44,095 nucleotides of DNA, taken from positions 1 through 44,095 of IMG/VR virus record IMGVR_UViG_3300036987_000040. One strand, given 5' to 3'. The position numbers and the translations under genes are program-made. Numbering within the stretch: the stretch's first letter is position 1; each line of letters starts with the position of its first letter. The DNA is from a virus. Its lineage: Duplodnaviria > Caudoviricetes. The notes beneath the pieces were generated by a model, which worked only from the letters and a program-made list of their open reading frames with translations, ran no database searches and was not told the DNA's origin. This document shows positions 36,316 to 44,050 of this stretch, one piece after another.

Positions 36316-37043
36316 CCAAACTGAACGATCGCAGCCGCAAGAATCTTGTCGGCGTCCATCCGCATCTGGTGGCCGTCGTCGAACGCGCCTCCGACCTTTC
36401 ACCGGTGCCCTTCGTCGTCACCGAGGGACTGCGCACCCTCGACCGCCAGCGGCAGTTGAAAGCGGCGGGTAAGAGCTGGACGCTGAACTCCCGGCATCTG
36501 ACCGGGCACGCGGTGGACTTGGTCGACGCCGACGACTTCAAGTACGACATCCCGGACATGACGAAGATCCACGATGCCATGTTCGGCGCCAGCAAGGAGC
36601 TTGGCTATCCTATCGTCTGGGGCGGCGACTGGAAGCAGCAGGATACCCCGCACTTCGAACTCGACAAGCGCAGCTATCCGGCGAACGGAGTCGGGACCGG
36701 AACGCGGGTGCTCGAAACGGCAGCCAAGGTGGTCACCAACCGCGTGGTGCTCACGGGTGCCGCTGGCGGCGCCGTAGCGGGGGCACAGGAGGCGGCGAAG
36801 ACTGTTCCGGCCACCCCAGCACCCGCCACCGATCCGGCTTCGTGGGCGGCCGTCCCAGCCCCGCCCGAGCACATCACCCACGCGATGAATAATGCCGGAG
36901 CCTGGAAGGGGACCGGAGAGTCCGCACTGTCGCTGTGGGACTTCGCGCATGCGAATCCTTACCTCATCGCGGCGATCGGCGCCACGGTGGCCATCTGCTT
37001 TTTCGGGCCCGGCGTCGCCCGCAAGTTCGGGTGGGAGGTATGA
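36312..37043 (+). CDS. Endolysin, M15-family peptidase with C-terminal TM segment
   Basis: EGLRT, SRHLTGHAVD, WGGDW, DTPHFEL. Confidence 0.92.
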   Translation: MTKLNDRSRKNLVGVHPHLVAVVERASDLSPVPFVVTEGLRTLDRQRQLKAAGKSWTLNSRHLTGHAVDLVDADDFKYDIPDMTKIHDAMFGASKELGYPIVWGGDWKQQDTPHFELDKRSYPANGVGTGTRVLETAAKVVTNRVVLTGAAGGAVAGAQEAAKTVPATPAPATDPASWAAVPAPPEHITHAMNNAGAWKGTGESALSLWDFAHANPYLIAAIGATVAICFFGPGVARKFGWEV

Positions 37044-37285
37044 CGGCGATCCTCGCGTGGCTCGCGCGCCCGATCGGCAAGTTCGCCTCGATCGCGTTTG
37101 GTTTCCTTGCTCTGTGGAGTGCGTTCCTCATCAACAACTTCAACCAGCGGCAGAAGGGCGCCGCCGGGGCCATCACAGAGATGAAAGAGGCAACCCACCA
37201 TGCGACCAATCAAGGCCGCCGCGCTGCTGACAGCTCTCGCGCTGACGGGGTGCGCGGGAAAATCGATCCCGGCTATCGGAACTAG
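37040..37285 (+). CDS. Inner-membrane spanin candidate
   Basis: N-terminal TM; follows endolysin; overlaps a lipoprotein gene. Confidence 0.7.
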   Translation: MTAILAWLARPIGKFASIAFGFLALWSAFLINNFNQRQKGAAGAITEMKEATHHATNQGRRAADSSRADGVRGKIDPGYRN

Positions 37286-37439
37286 CGTGCTCGACGAGTT
37301 GCCGGAGGTGGAGAATTCGCGGCTCTCCCCGTGCTGGCAGCAGAAGCAGATCGCCGCTCAACGATCCTACATCGACACCGTGAAGAAGGGGAAGCAGGAG
37401 GTCTACAAGGCTGACTGCGGGGAACAGAAGACGTCCTAG
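37200..37439 (+). CDS. Outer-membrane spanin lipoprotein candidate
   Basis: Lipobox LTGC; AGAGG RBS; overlaps the i-spanin gene. Confidence 0.75.
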   Translation: MRPIKAAALLTALALTGCAGKSIPAIGTSVLDELPEVENSRLSPCWQQKQIAAQRSYIDTVKKGKQEVYKADCGEQKTS

Positions 37440-37648
37440 CCCCCGAATAGCGCGTCTCGCACGCTGAATTTTGCCGTGACCTCGTATCGCGGAACGCCGC
37501 GCACCACGATAATCGTCTTGTCGGGGTGTTCCTGAATTTCGATCTCGTCCTTCGTAACGCCGTTGATCATCAGCCCGGCGACGATGTCTTCGATCTCGTT
37601 CGCCCGTTTCATCGTTGCCGCTCTAACGAGGCGGTTCACCAAACCCAT
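37436..37648 (-). CDS. Small hypothetical protein
   Basis: Antisense moron inside the lysis cassette; GAGGA upstream. Confidence 0.55.
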   Translation of the reverse strand: MGLVNRLVRAATMKRANEIEDIVAGLMINGVTKDEIEIQEHPDKTIIVVRGVPRYEVTAKFSVRDALFGG

Positions 37649-37660
37649 TGGAGAATCCTC

Positions 37661-37840
37661 ATGCGCATCATGCTCGCATTGCTTCTTGCTGTCAGCGTCT
37701 CCGCCTGCTCTCTCCGTAGAGACTTCTCAGGCGATATCGGTAATGCCGTTTCTGAACTCGATAGAGCCGTATGGACAGATGGATTGAGACCAATCGTACC
37801 AGCAGCTGATAAGCCTAAATCTTTGCCGCCGTTGAAGTAG
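37661..37840 (+). CDS. Small lipoprotein
   Basis: MRIMLALLLAVSVSAC lipobox; GGAG RBS. Confidence 0.7.
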   Translation: MRIMLALLLAVSVSACSLRRDFSGDIGNAVSELDRAVWTDGLRPIVPAADKPKSLPPLK

Positions 37841-37857
37841 TTTGGGACGGGGCTCGG

Positions 37858-38007
37858 CTATCGAGCCTCACCCCTGCGCTGCGCGCGCAAGAGAGCGTCA
37901 AAGGCGGCAGATCGCGCCTCGTTGATCTTTCGCTGTAAGGCCGCGCGTTCTTTGGGCGGGAGGTAAGGCCCGGGGATATCATCGTCGTCATCCAAGTCCT
38001 CTTCCAT
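37858..38007 (-). CDS. 49-aa protein MEEDLDDDDIPGPYLPPKERAALQRKINEARS...
   Basis: Read by hand; GAGGAGAGG RBS; below the ORF-track size cutoff. Confidence 0.55.
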   Translation of the reverse strand: MEEDLDDDDDIPGPYLPPKERAALQRKINEARSAAFDALLRAQRRGEAR

Positions 38008-38022
38008 CTTCCTCTCCTCACT

Positions 38023-38223
38023 CTATCGAGACTGAAGGGTCCGGTAGAAGTATCGGTTCGACCACGCTCTAGTGGCGTTGTTGTAGCGCTCTTGCGCATT
38101 GATGAGGCGGGTCTGTGCGCGAGCAAACTCGTCCTTGGCCTTGTCCAAAGCGTCGGCCGCTTGCCTGAGATGCGCATCCGAGCCCGTCTCCACTGGCTTC
38201 GCGAGCAAACTCTCCGTGTCCAT
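38023..38223 (-). CDS. Small coiled-coil protein
   Basis: AAGGAAGGAAG RBS before ATG 38223. Confidence 0.55.
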   Translation of the reverse strand: MDTESLLAKPVETGSDAHLRQAADALDKAKDEFARAQTRLINAQERYNNATRAWSNRYFYRTLQSR

Positions 38224-38302
38224 CTTCCTTCCTTTCATCGCCGGAGGCGATAGCCGCTCTTGCGGCGTCAACATCAACATTCAAAGGCCAAGGCCATGAC
38301 AC

Positions 38303-38560
38303 ATGCGCCAGGACCAAGAAACTCTCAACGGCTCTACGGCGTTGATCGTGTACACGTTGGGCGAGATCAGAGCCGACGTCCGAGAGACGAGATCAGATAT
38401 TCGAATCTTGACGAAGCGTTTGGATACCATGCAGCCACGGCCATCCCCGCTGGATCGTCTCAAGGACCTTTCCGGGTTCCTGACAGCCCTGGCGGTGGTG
38501 GTATTGGCGGTGGCTGGAAAGTACGACCTCATTGGCTACCTCGTGGGAAGCGGGAGATAG
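38303..38560 (+). CDS. Holin candidate (coiled-coil plus one C-terminal TM)
   Basis: Architecture and position near the lysis genes. Confidence 0.6.
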   Translation: MRQDQETLNGSTALIVYTLGEIRADVRETRSDIRILTKRLDTMQPRPSPLDRLKDLSGFLTALAVVVLAVAGKYDLIGYLVGSGR

Positions 38561-38630
38561 GGTGGGCCTGCGTTCCTCCGGCCGTGCTCATCGCGGTCGT
38601 GGTCTGGTTCGTTTGAAACCGGCCTTTGCG

Positions 38631-38828
38631 TTAGGAATATCGCACGACGATTTCGCCGGCTTCAGTTAGGCGCACGTCGCCTTCGTTGCTGTACTCGAAT
38701 AGCTCTGCTGGGATGTTCTCAAACTGCTCCAACTTCGCCGCGTCAACCGGCACCCATCGCTTATGCGAGGACTGGTAGTTCCGAACCCACGTCAGCAAAT
38801 CAATCTGATCTTTGGTGAGCTTGCCCAT
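38631..38828 (-). CDS. Small winged-helix-like protein
   Basis: KLTKDQIDLL...VRLTEAG pattern. Confidence 0.6.
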   Translation of the reverse strand: MGKLTKDQIDLLTWVRNYQSSHKRWVPVDAAKLEQFENIPAELFEYSNEGDVRLTEAGEIVVRYS

Positions 38829-38846
38829 AGGCCGGGGTTTCCTTGA

Positions 38847-39206
38847 CTACTTGCGCGCGTCGGTAGCGCCGCGCAGATATTCGCCTTCGGCGACCTTAAC
38901 CAACGCGTCGATCATCGCCTTCGCATACGGCGCGCGGGGATCGATGGCGGGCGAGAGAATTTCCTTGATACGCTCCTCGACACTCATCGGATTTATCTCC
39001 TGTGGCGGGCACTCGACGTGCCACACTTCGTTCATGGGTGCGATGCCGTTGGCGGCCATAGGTGCGAAAGACGCCTCGACCAACTGCCCCGAAACGATGG
39101 GCCGGCGGCACACCTTGCAGACCATATCCTTCAGCATCAGCCCGGCCTTTATTGAGGTTGGAGGGCGGCCTTCGCGCGCCCGATAATTTCTTCCGCCAGC
39201 GAGCAC
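38847..39206 (-). CDS. Hypothetical protein with CxxC...HxxC motif
   Basis: CKVC...WHVEC; start uncertain. Confidence 0.5.
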   Translation of the reverse strand: MLAGGRNYRAREGRPPTSIKAGLMLKDMVCKVCRRPIVSGQLVEASFAPMAANGIAPMNEVWHVECPPQEINPMSVEERIKEILSPAIDPRAPYAKAMIDALVKVAEGEYLRGATDARK

Positions 39207-39335
39207 TCAGCGAACGTGAGATTTTCCTGGCTCACGATGAACTCTAACGCCGCGCGTAGCCGCGCAATCTCAGCGCCTGCTGCCTGTAGCTCTAGGTACA
39301 TTTCAGCCATGTGCGCCATCGGGGCGGCCTTTTTC

Positions 39336-39596
39336 TCAGAAAGTGATTTCGGGTTCTTGGGGTCGCTGCGCGGGTGGTTCGTCGGGCTCCACACAGAATC
39401 GCCCGGTGCCCTCACACGCAGAGCAGATTTCAGCGTCGGGTGTCGGGTCTTCGTAAGGTCCGACGCTCGGGCGAACCTCAACCTCGCCCACGCCTCCGCA
39501 TCGTTCACAGGCGATGTATTCCACCCGCTTGTCCATGACGCACCTATCCATTGCTGACCATTGGTCCTTCGCCGTATCGGCGCCAGTAGCGATCAT
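39336..39596 (-). CDS. Small DnaJ-type zinc-finger protein
   Basis: CERCGGVG and CSACEGTG; start probably internal (MDKRVEY). Confidence 0.6.
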   Translation of the reverse strand: MIATGADTAKDQWSAMDRCVMDKRVEYIACERCGGVGEVEVRPSVGPYEDPTPDAEICSACEGTGRFCVEPDEPPAQRPQEPEITF

Positions 39597-39719
39597 TCTG
39601 CCAAAGGCAGAGCCGCGCCCAGAAGTCCGCGCGCCGCGTGCCCGGATACGTCGCGGACCACTGCCCGTCGAGCCAGTCCATCAGCCATGCATCGAAGCGC
39701 TTCATCACGGGCCTTTACG

Positions 39720-40004
39720 TCAGAGGTGTCCTAGGCCATCGGCCGTGATCGAAATGCAGACCGGACGACGGGGATGGCCCTTGCGGCCCGTCGCGTCCGT
39801 GGGGCGGAAAATCTCGCCGTGACTGACGGCCACTAAGCCCATCGTGACGAGCTTAGAAAGTGTCGCGGCGCTCAGTTGGCCAGTGTCCAGTTTGGTCTTG
39901 CGCTTACCGCTCATGTCGGCCGGGCCGGCGATTTCAAACGTGTTGATCGGCCCAAACTCGCGGAGCTGGTGAAGGGCGCCGAACTGTGCGTCTGAGAGCT
40001 TCAT
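39720..40004 (-). CDS. Winged-helix-like hypothetical protein
   Basis: MKLSDAQFGALHQL...TLSKLVTMGLV...ITADG; GGAG RBS. Confidence 0.65.
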   Translation of the reverse strand: MKLSDAQFGALHQLREFGPINTFEIAGPADMSGKRKTKLDTGQLSAATLSKLVTMGLVAVSHGEIFRPTDATGRKGHPRRPVCISITADGLGHL

Positions 40005-40084
40005 GGCCGCGTCTCCGTTGTTCAGTAGAGAGAACATAGCACACTTGACGACCTTTGCAATACCTGTCAGTATCATTTTCGAAA

Positions 40085-41032
40085 ATGACCCACATTCAAG
40101 ATACCATAGGCGTAATTCGGGATCACCGGTGGGTCCGCGCCAAAGAGCAGAAGCGCCGCATCGAGGAAGCCGGTGCGCGCATCATCGTTGAATTGGACGG
40201 ACAGGGTAAGGCGGCGCGGAAGGTCACGCTCGACGAATTGGCGAGGCTGACGCGGGAAGGCACGGTACTCAAGGTTGTCCACGCGTTTTTCCTGGCTGAC
40301 CCGAAGGCACGTAGGAAGCGCGGCGGCACCAAGGCTAACTTCGACGCGACATTGAAGCTGCTGACCGAGAAGCGTGGCGGCATTGTCATGGACCTAGAGA
40401 CAGGATTGACGACGGAGAAGCCCGAGCACCGCAAGGCGCTCTTGGCCCTGTCCTATGCCCACATCGCTCGCAGCAATCAGGGCCTAGCGTCCGCGATCAA
40501 CGGTGGTCGCAGCCAAGGCCGACCGAAGGCATGGACGGACCCGGGCGAACGTCAAATCGTTTGGGAAGAGTGGCATTCCACGCTGCACAAGACGAACGGC
40601 GAAGCCGCCGCGGCGGCGGGTAAGAAGATCGGACGCCCGATCAGCGAAAACGCCATGTGGAAGATTGTGCGCGAGGAACGCGAGAAGCGCGGCATCAAGG
40701 GCAAGGGCGCCTCCGGGCGCCGTCCTAACGTCAAGGCGCTGCAAGTGGCGTCGGACGGCGTGAAGCGCCTTGGGCACATCTACTTCTTGAAGAACGGCCG
40801 GCGCGGGCTGGTCAAGATTGGGTATTCGGCCAGCTACCGCATGCGAATGAGCACCATCCAACTTTCCACGCCGGACGATCTGAAGCTGATTGCTCTGATC
40901 CCCGGCGACCGGGACACAGAGAGCGAGCTGCACCACCGCTTCGGCAAGCACTACGTCCGTGGTGAGTGGTTTAGACTAGAGGGCGCGCTGGCGAAGTACG
41001 TGAGTGCTTTGCCAAAGCCGCCGAAGACATAA
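40085..41032 (+). CDS. Degenerate resolvase-like domain fused to a T5orf172/GIY-YIG-like domain
   Basis: N-terminal resolvase-fold pattern with GRPK linker; C-terminal HIYF...VKIGYS...ESELHHRF...GEWF. Confidence 0.75.
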   Translation: MTHIQDTIGVIRDHRWVRAKEQKRRIEEAGARIIVELDGQGKAARKVTLDELARLTREGTVLKVVHAFFLADPKARRKRGGTKANFDATLKLLTEKRGGIVMDLETGLTTEKPEHRKALLALSYAHIARSNQGLASAINGGRSQGRPKAWTDPGERQIVWEEWHSTLHKTNGEAAAAAGKKIGRPISENAMWKIVREEREKRGIKGKGASGRRPNVKALQVASDGVKRLGHIYFLKNGRRGLVKIGYSASYRMRMSTIQLSTPDDLKLIALIPGDRDTESELHHRFGKHYVRGEWFRLEGALAKYVSALPKPPKT

Positions 41033-41259
41033 TGGAGCCGACCGTGCTGAACCCCGTCACCACGACCAAAGAGCAGATCGTTGGCGCAATGGAAGTTGAC
41101 CGGCGCCGTCACCTCTACACCGCAGACGACGGCAGCATGTGGATGTCGCACCGCGGAGGCATGGTTGGCAACTCGGATCATGTGCACGAGCTAGTCGCAG
41201 AGGGCGTGCTGAAACGCGAGTTCCCCGACTGCGACGGCTGTTGGGTACTGTCAAACTGA
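41032..41259 (+). CDS. Hypothetical protein
   Basis: Coupled start. Confidence 0.6.
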   Translation: MEPTVLNPVTTTKEQIVGAMEVDRRRHLYTADDGSMWMSHRGGMVGNSDHVHELVAEGVLKREFPDCDGCWVLSN

Positions 41260-41269
41260 GGAGCGGCTG

Positions 41270-41443
41270 ATGCCGAAAACGGTTGAGCTAGACATTCCGA
41301 AGGACGCAGCCGAGCGAGAGCTTGTGCGGCTTACTAGTGAGAACGCTCGCCTGCGCGCGGCACTGGTGCGGATCGCTCAGCGCAATGACGTGTACCAGGG
41401 CGAGACGTACAAGATCGCCCGCGAAGCACTAGACGCGAAGTAG
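41270..41443 (+). CDS. 57-aa coiled-coil protein
   Basis: GAGGAG RBS; ENARLRAAL; read by hand. Confidence 0.6.
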   Translation: MPKTVELDIPKDAAERELVRLTSENARLRAALVRIAQRNDVYQGETYKIAREALDAK

Positions 41444-41452
41444 GGGACGGCC

Positions 41453-41692
41453 ATGGATTTTGATGCCGAAGGGAAGCCGACGACCACGCGCCAGCTTAAG
41501 CAAGATGCCTACCTTCGGGCGGGCCGTGAGGGCTGTGATGTGGAGCGCACGCCGGAGTGGCAGCGCGCCGCCGAAATCGAAATGCAGGAGCTGGTGGACG
41601 AGGAAGTCATTCGCCAGATACTTGCGACCTCAGACGCTGATGCGCTGGCGGGCAACTGGCCGCCGCTCGTCAAGAGCGCAACCGAAGAATAG
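41453..41692 (+). CDS. Hypothetical protein
   Basis: AGGGGA RBS. Confidence 0.6.
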   Translation: MDFDAEGKPTTTRQLKQDAYLRAGREGCDVERTPEWQRAAEIEMQELVDEEVIRQILATSDADALAGNWPPLVKSATEE

Positions 41693-41701
41693 GAGAGGCC
41701 C

Positions 41702-42070
41702 TTGGACTTAGCCAAGAAGCTAGCGCAGGACATGGACCGCATGCTGTTTAGCGCCATGTCGAGCACCGTTGAGCCGCCGCGAGCGAGTGAGCCGTTCAAC
41801 ATGGCTGCCGCGCTGAAAATGATCCAAGACGCTGGGCCGCCCCCGCCGCCGCGCCTAGGAAAGATCATCGAGAGCGCACATTATGTCGAGCGTCACGAGG
41901 ACTGGTCGAAGGTGCGCTCGCCGTCACGCACCAAGCGGCGCATGAGACACAACGCGGCACGCATCTACACCTACACGCCGAAGAAAGGCGCGATGCAGTT
42001 ACCGGACGGATCACTCGTGATGCACCCGGTCACGGCGCGCGATTTGCGGAATAGAATGAAGTCCACATAG
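41702..42070 (+). CDS. Hypothetical protein
   Basis: AGGAGAGG RBS; EDWSKVRSPSRTKRR...LVMHP. Confidence 0.7.
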   Translation: MDLAKKLAQDMDRMLFSAMSSTVEPPRASEPFNMAAALKMIQDAGPPPPPRLGKIIESAHYVERHEDWSKVRSPSRTKRRMRHNAARIYTYTPKKGAMQLPDGSLVMHPVTARDLRNRMKST

Positions 42071-42076
42071 GAGGGT

Positions 42077-42343
42077 CTAGGTGTTGACGCCGTCGCTTAC
42101 GGCGCTCTGGCTGCGCTGCGCGCGCAAGGTCTGCCATCCGACCAAAATCAGCCTCTGCGCCATGTCCCACTTGCGGCTGTCTAGAGATACGCTGACTGGG
42201 TCAGGCAACGGGTAGTCGTTGGCGATGTAAATCGCGGAGACGATGTCGTCGTAATCATCCTCGCGATTGGCGATGACGCGATTGTAGGCATCCCAAGCCG
42301 CCTTGTGGTGAGCTCTCTCTTCCTCATCTGTCATCGCAGCCAT
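42077..42343 (-). CDS. Hypothetical protein
   Basis: GGAGGGG RBS. Confidence 0.6.
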   Translation of the reverse strand: MAAMTDEEERAHHKAAWDAYNRVIANREDDYDDIVSAIYIANDYPLPDPVSVSLDSRKWDMAQRLILVGWQTLRAQRSQSAVSDGVNT

Positions 42344-42465
42344 ATCACTTCCCCTCCCGTTCCCATACAGCCTCGATCTCCTTCACCGCCTTGCGGATCT
42401 TCGGGTGGTCCAGCGGCAGCATGAGAGCTTCTAGGCCCGTCAGTTCGGTGTTATCGTCCTCATCC

Positions 42466-42672
42466 ATGGCTCAACCCCGCGAAACCAAAGACAAGCGCTT
42501 CCCCATCCGCATGCGGCAGTGGGTGTTCGACCAAGGCCAGCTCGCAGCCGAGCGCCAGAGCCGTTCCCTAGCCAACCTCATGGAAAGCCTCCTGGTAGAT
42601 CACTGCCGGGAGATGGGGTTGCTGCCCGCTGACGGCGATTCTTCAGAATCCAGCGGAAGCCGTCAGGCGTAA
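42466..42672 (+). CDS. Arc-like ribbon-helix-helix protein
   Basis: KRFPIRM...AAERQSRSLANLMESLL; no clear RBS. Confidence 0.6.
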   Translation: MAQPRETKDKRFPIRMRQWVFDQGQLAAERQSRSLANLMESLLVDHCREMGLLPADGDSSESSGSRQA

Positions 42673-43273
42673 GCCTCTTTTTTAGGATCGTCGCCTTCCC
42701 TTTGTGGTTCTTAATCTCTCTGAACACCGGCTGTCCCGGCTTTAGGTCTGCAAAGCGCGCCCACGCGTTGGCGGCGTTCACAACCTCCCCGTTGAGGATC
42801 CTTGCGCTCACGATCCCGGTGCTCAGGCTGAGGTGGGAAACTCCATTCCAGCCGTATCGGACGTAGCCGGTGCCTTCCCCCTCCTTTTGCCAGTCCAACC
42901 CGACTATTGCCTCCATCGTAAATCCACACATCCCGTGCAGGTAGACCAGCAGTTGGTCCCGGGCGTCTTGCTCGGGCATAAAGCCTTTCCCCTCCAACTG
43001 CTGAACAGGCGGCGGCCGCCGCTTCGGAGAAAACTCAGCCCTCTCGACCGCAGCCATGATCTGCGGGTGACGCGTGTCAAATTGTGCGCCCAGCGTGTGG
43101 TGCTGGCGCGCCAATGCGGCAAGGTGCTGTTTGATCGTCTGCCGCTTTCGGCCCGCCGCTACGAGTTTTTCCACGTAAGCCGCGATCTGTTCCGGCGACG
43201 CTGGAACATCTATCGCCGATCGCTTGATGTGGCGGGCGTATGCCTTCGCCGTGTTGGGAGCTAAGTCACGCAT
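42578..43273 (-). CDS. Catalytically dead Cre-like tyrosine recombinase derivative
   Basis: APNTAKAY...PASPEQIAAYV...TIKQHLAALARQH core-binding domain; RDQLLV...GFTMEAIVGLD lacks the catalytic Arg; ends before HxxR and Tyr. Confidence 0.7.
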   Translation of the reverse strand: MRDLAPNTAKAYARHIKRSAIDVPASPEQIAAYVEKLVAAGRKRQTIKQHLAALARQHHTLGAQFDTRHPQIMAAVERAEFSPKRRPPPVQQLEGKGFMPEQDARDQLLVYLHGMCGFTMEAIVGLDWQKEGEGTGYVRYGWNGVSHLSLSTGIVSARILNGEVVNAANAWARFADLKPGQPVFREIKNHKGKATILKKRLTPDGFRWILKNRRQRAATPSPGSDLPGGFP

Positions 43274-43850
43274 CTTTCAAGCGCTCCAGAGCGGCAAGGC
43301 CGTGCTGCTCGTACCGGGCGGCCTCCTCTAGGAACTCTCGCAGCTTTGCGGTCGGTACGGCGCGCTGAACCTTGGTGACTTCGTTCGGCTGCGCATGTTC
43401 GAGCAGCAATTCAGCCAGCCGCCGCTCGAACAGTGTGGCTTTCAAAACGCGAGTTCTGTCATCGACCACAACCATCAACTCGTGCACGTTGTAGTGCGCC
43501 AACGGGCGCCCACAGAGGCGAGTGGTGTGCCAGATGACGTCTTCCAGCGTGCTGGTGGCAGCAGCGGCCGCGGCGGCACGATTGACGGCTCCGGTGTTGC
43601 CTTGCCGCATCACAGCGGGGACCTGCGCCATGTTATCCTGCCTCAGAGGCTGCGCCCGCTGGATGCCGATCACATCGGCTGTCTTGCGAGGCGCAACAGA
43701 AGCATCGCCCATGTCGCGCCGGAGTTGCGCAACCACCGCATCAAATTCAGCCCAACCTAGCGCCTGTACGTGCCTGGCAGAGTCTGAGTAGGCCTCCAGC
43801 TTACGGGTGTCCGCCCCGGCCTTTTTCATTGCATCCCTGATCGCCGTCAT
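43266..43850 (-). CDS. Hypothetical protein, first gene after the LexA box
   Basis: AGGGGG RBS; overlaps the next gene. Confidence 0.75.
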   Translation of the reverse strand: MTAIRDAMKKAGADTRKLEAYSDSARHVQALGWAEFDAVVAQLRRDMGDASVAPRKTADVIGIQRAQPLRQDNMAQVPAVMRQGNTGAVNRAAAAAAATSTLEDVIWHTTRLCGRPLAHYNVHELMVVVDDRTRVLKATLFERRLAELLLEHAQPNEVTKVQRAVPTAKLREFLEEAARYEQHGLAALERLKDA

Positions 43851-43895
43851 GGCCTATCGCCCCCTGTGCCAAATCTGTGCCGCGGCACGTTCGAT

Positions 43896-43910
43896 GTTCA
43901 GTTCCTGTTC
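43896..43910. promoter_or_regulatory. Alphaproteobacterial LexA (SOS) box
   Basis: GTTC-AGTTCCT-GTTC matches GTTC-N7-GTTC; extra GTTC at 43889 and 43901. Confidence 0.7.
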
Positions 43911-43934
43911 CTGACTCGTACATGACACTCACAC

Positions 43935-43963
43935 TTGACGGGAACGCGCTAAGTCTCTAGGAA
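43935..43963 (+). promoter_or_regulatory. Phage-supplied promoter for the reconstituted tRNA
   Basis: TTGACG-17-TAGGAA, 12 nt before the tRNA. Confidence 0.75.
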
Positions 43964-43968
43964 CCACG

Positions 43969-44017
43969 GCCTCTGGGGCGCGTAGCTCAGCGGTAGAGCA
44001 CTACCTTGACATGGTAG
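43969..44017 (+). repeat. attR core
   Basis: Identical to 79-127. Confidence 0.97.
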
Positions 44018-44050
44018 GGGTCACAGGTTCGATCCCTGTCGCGCCCACCA
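43976..44050 (+). tRNA. tRNA-Val (GAC)
   Basis: Full cloverleaf: GGGCGCG/CGCGCCC acceptor stem, CTACC-TTGACAT-GGTAG anticodon arm, GGTTCGATCC T loop, encoded CCA. Confidence 0.98.

Larger units (their letters stand above)
79..44017. mobile_element. Complete temperate prophage (lambdoid layout, P22-like podovirus morphogenesis) integrated in tRNA-Val(GAC)
   Basis: 49-bp terminal direct repeats, integrase next to the left repeat, and full immunity, replication, head, tail and lysis modules. Confidence 0.97.

Noticed and set aside
34466-41032. Diversity-generating retroelement or invertible tail-fibre cassette
   Set aside because: No reverse transcriptase, no template/variable repeat pair, no inverted crossover sites seen; the resolvase-like protein lacks the catalytic Ser
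43868-43882. Sigma54-like GGCAC...GC on the minus strand
   Set aside because: Poor -12 element; better explained as repeated arm-type sites
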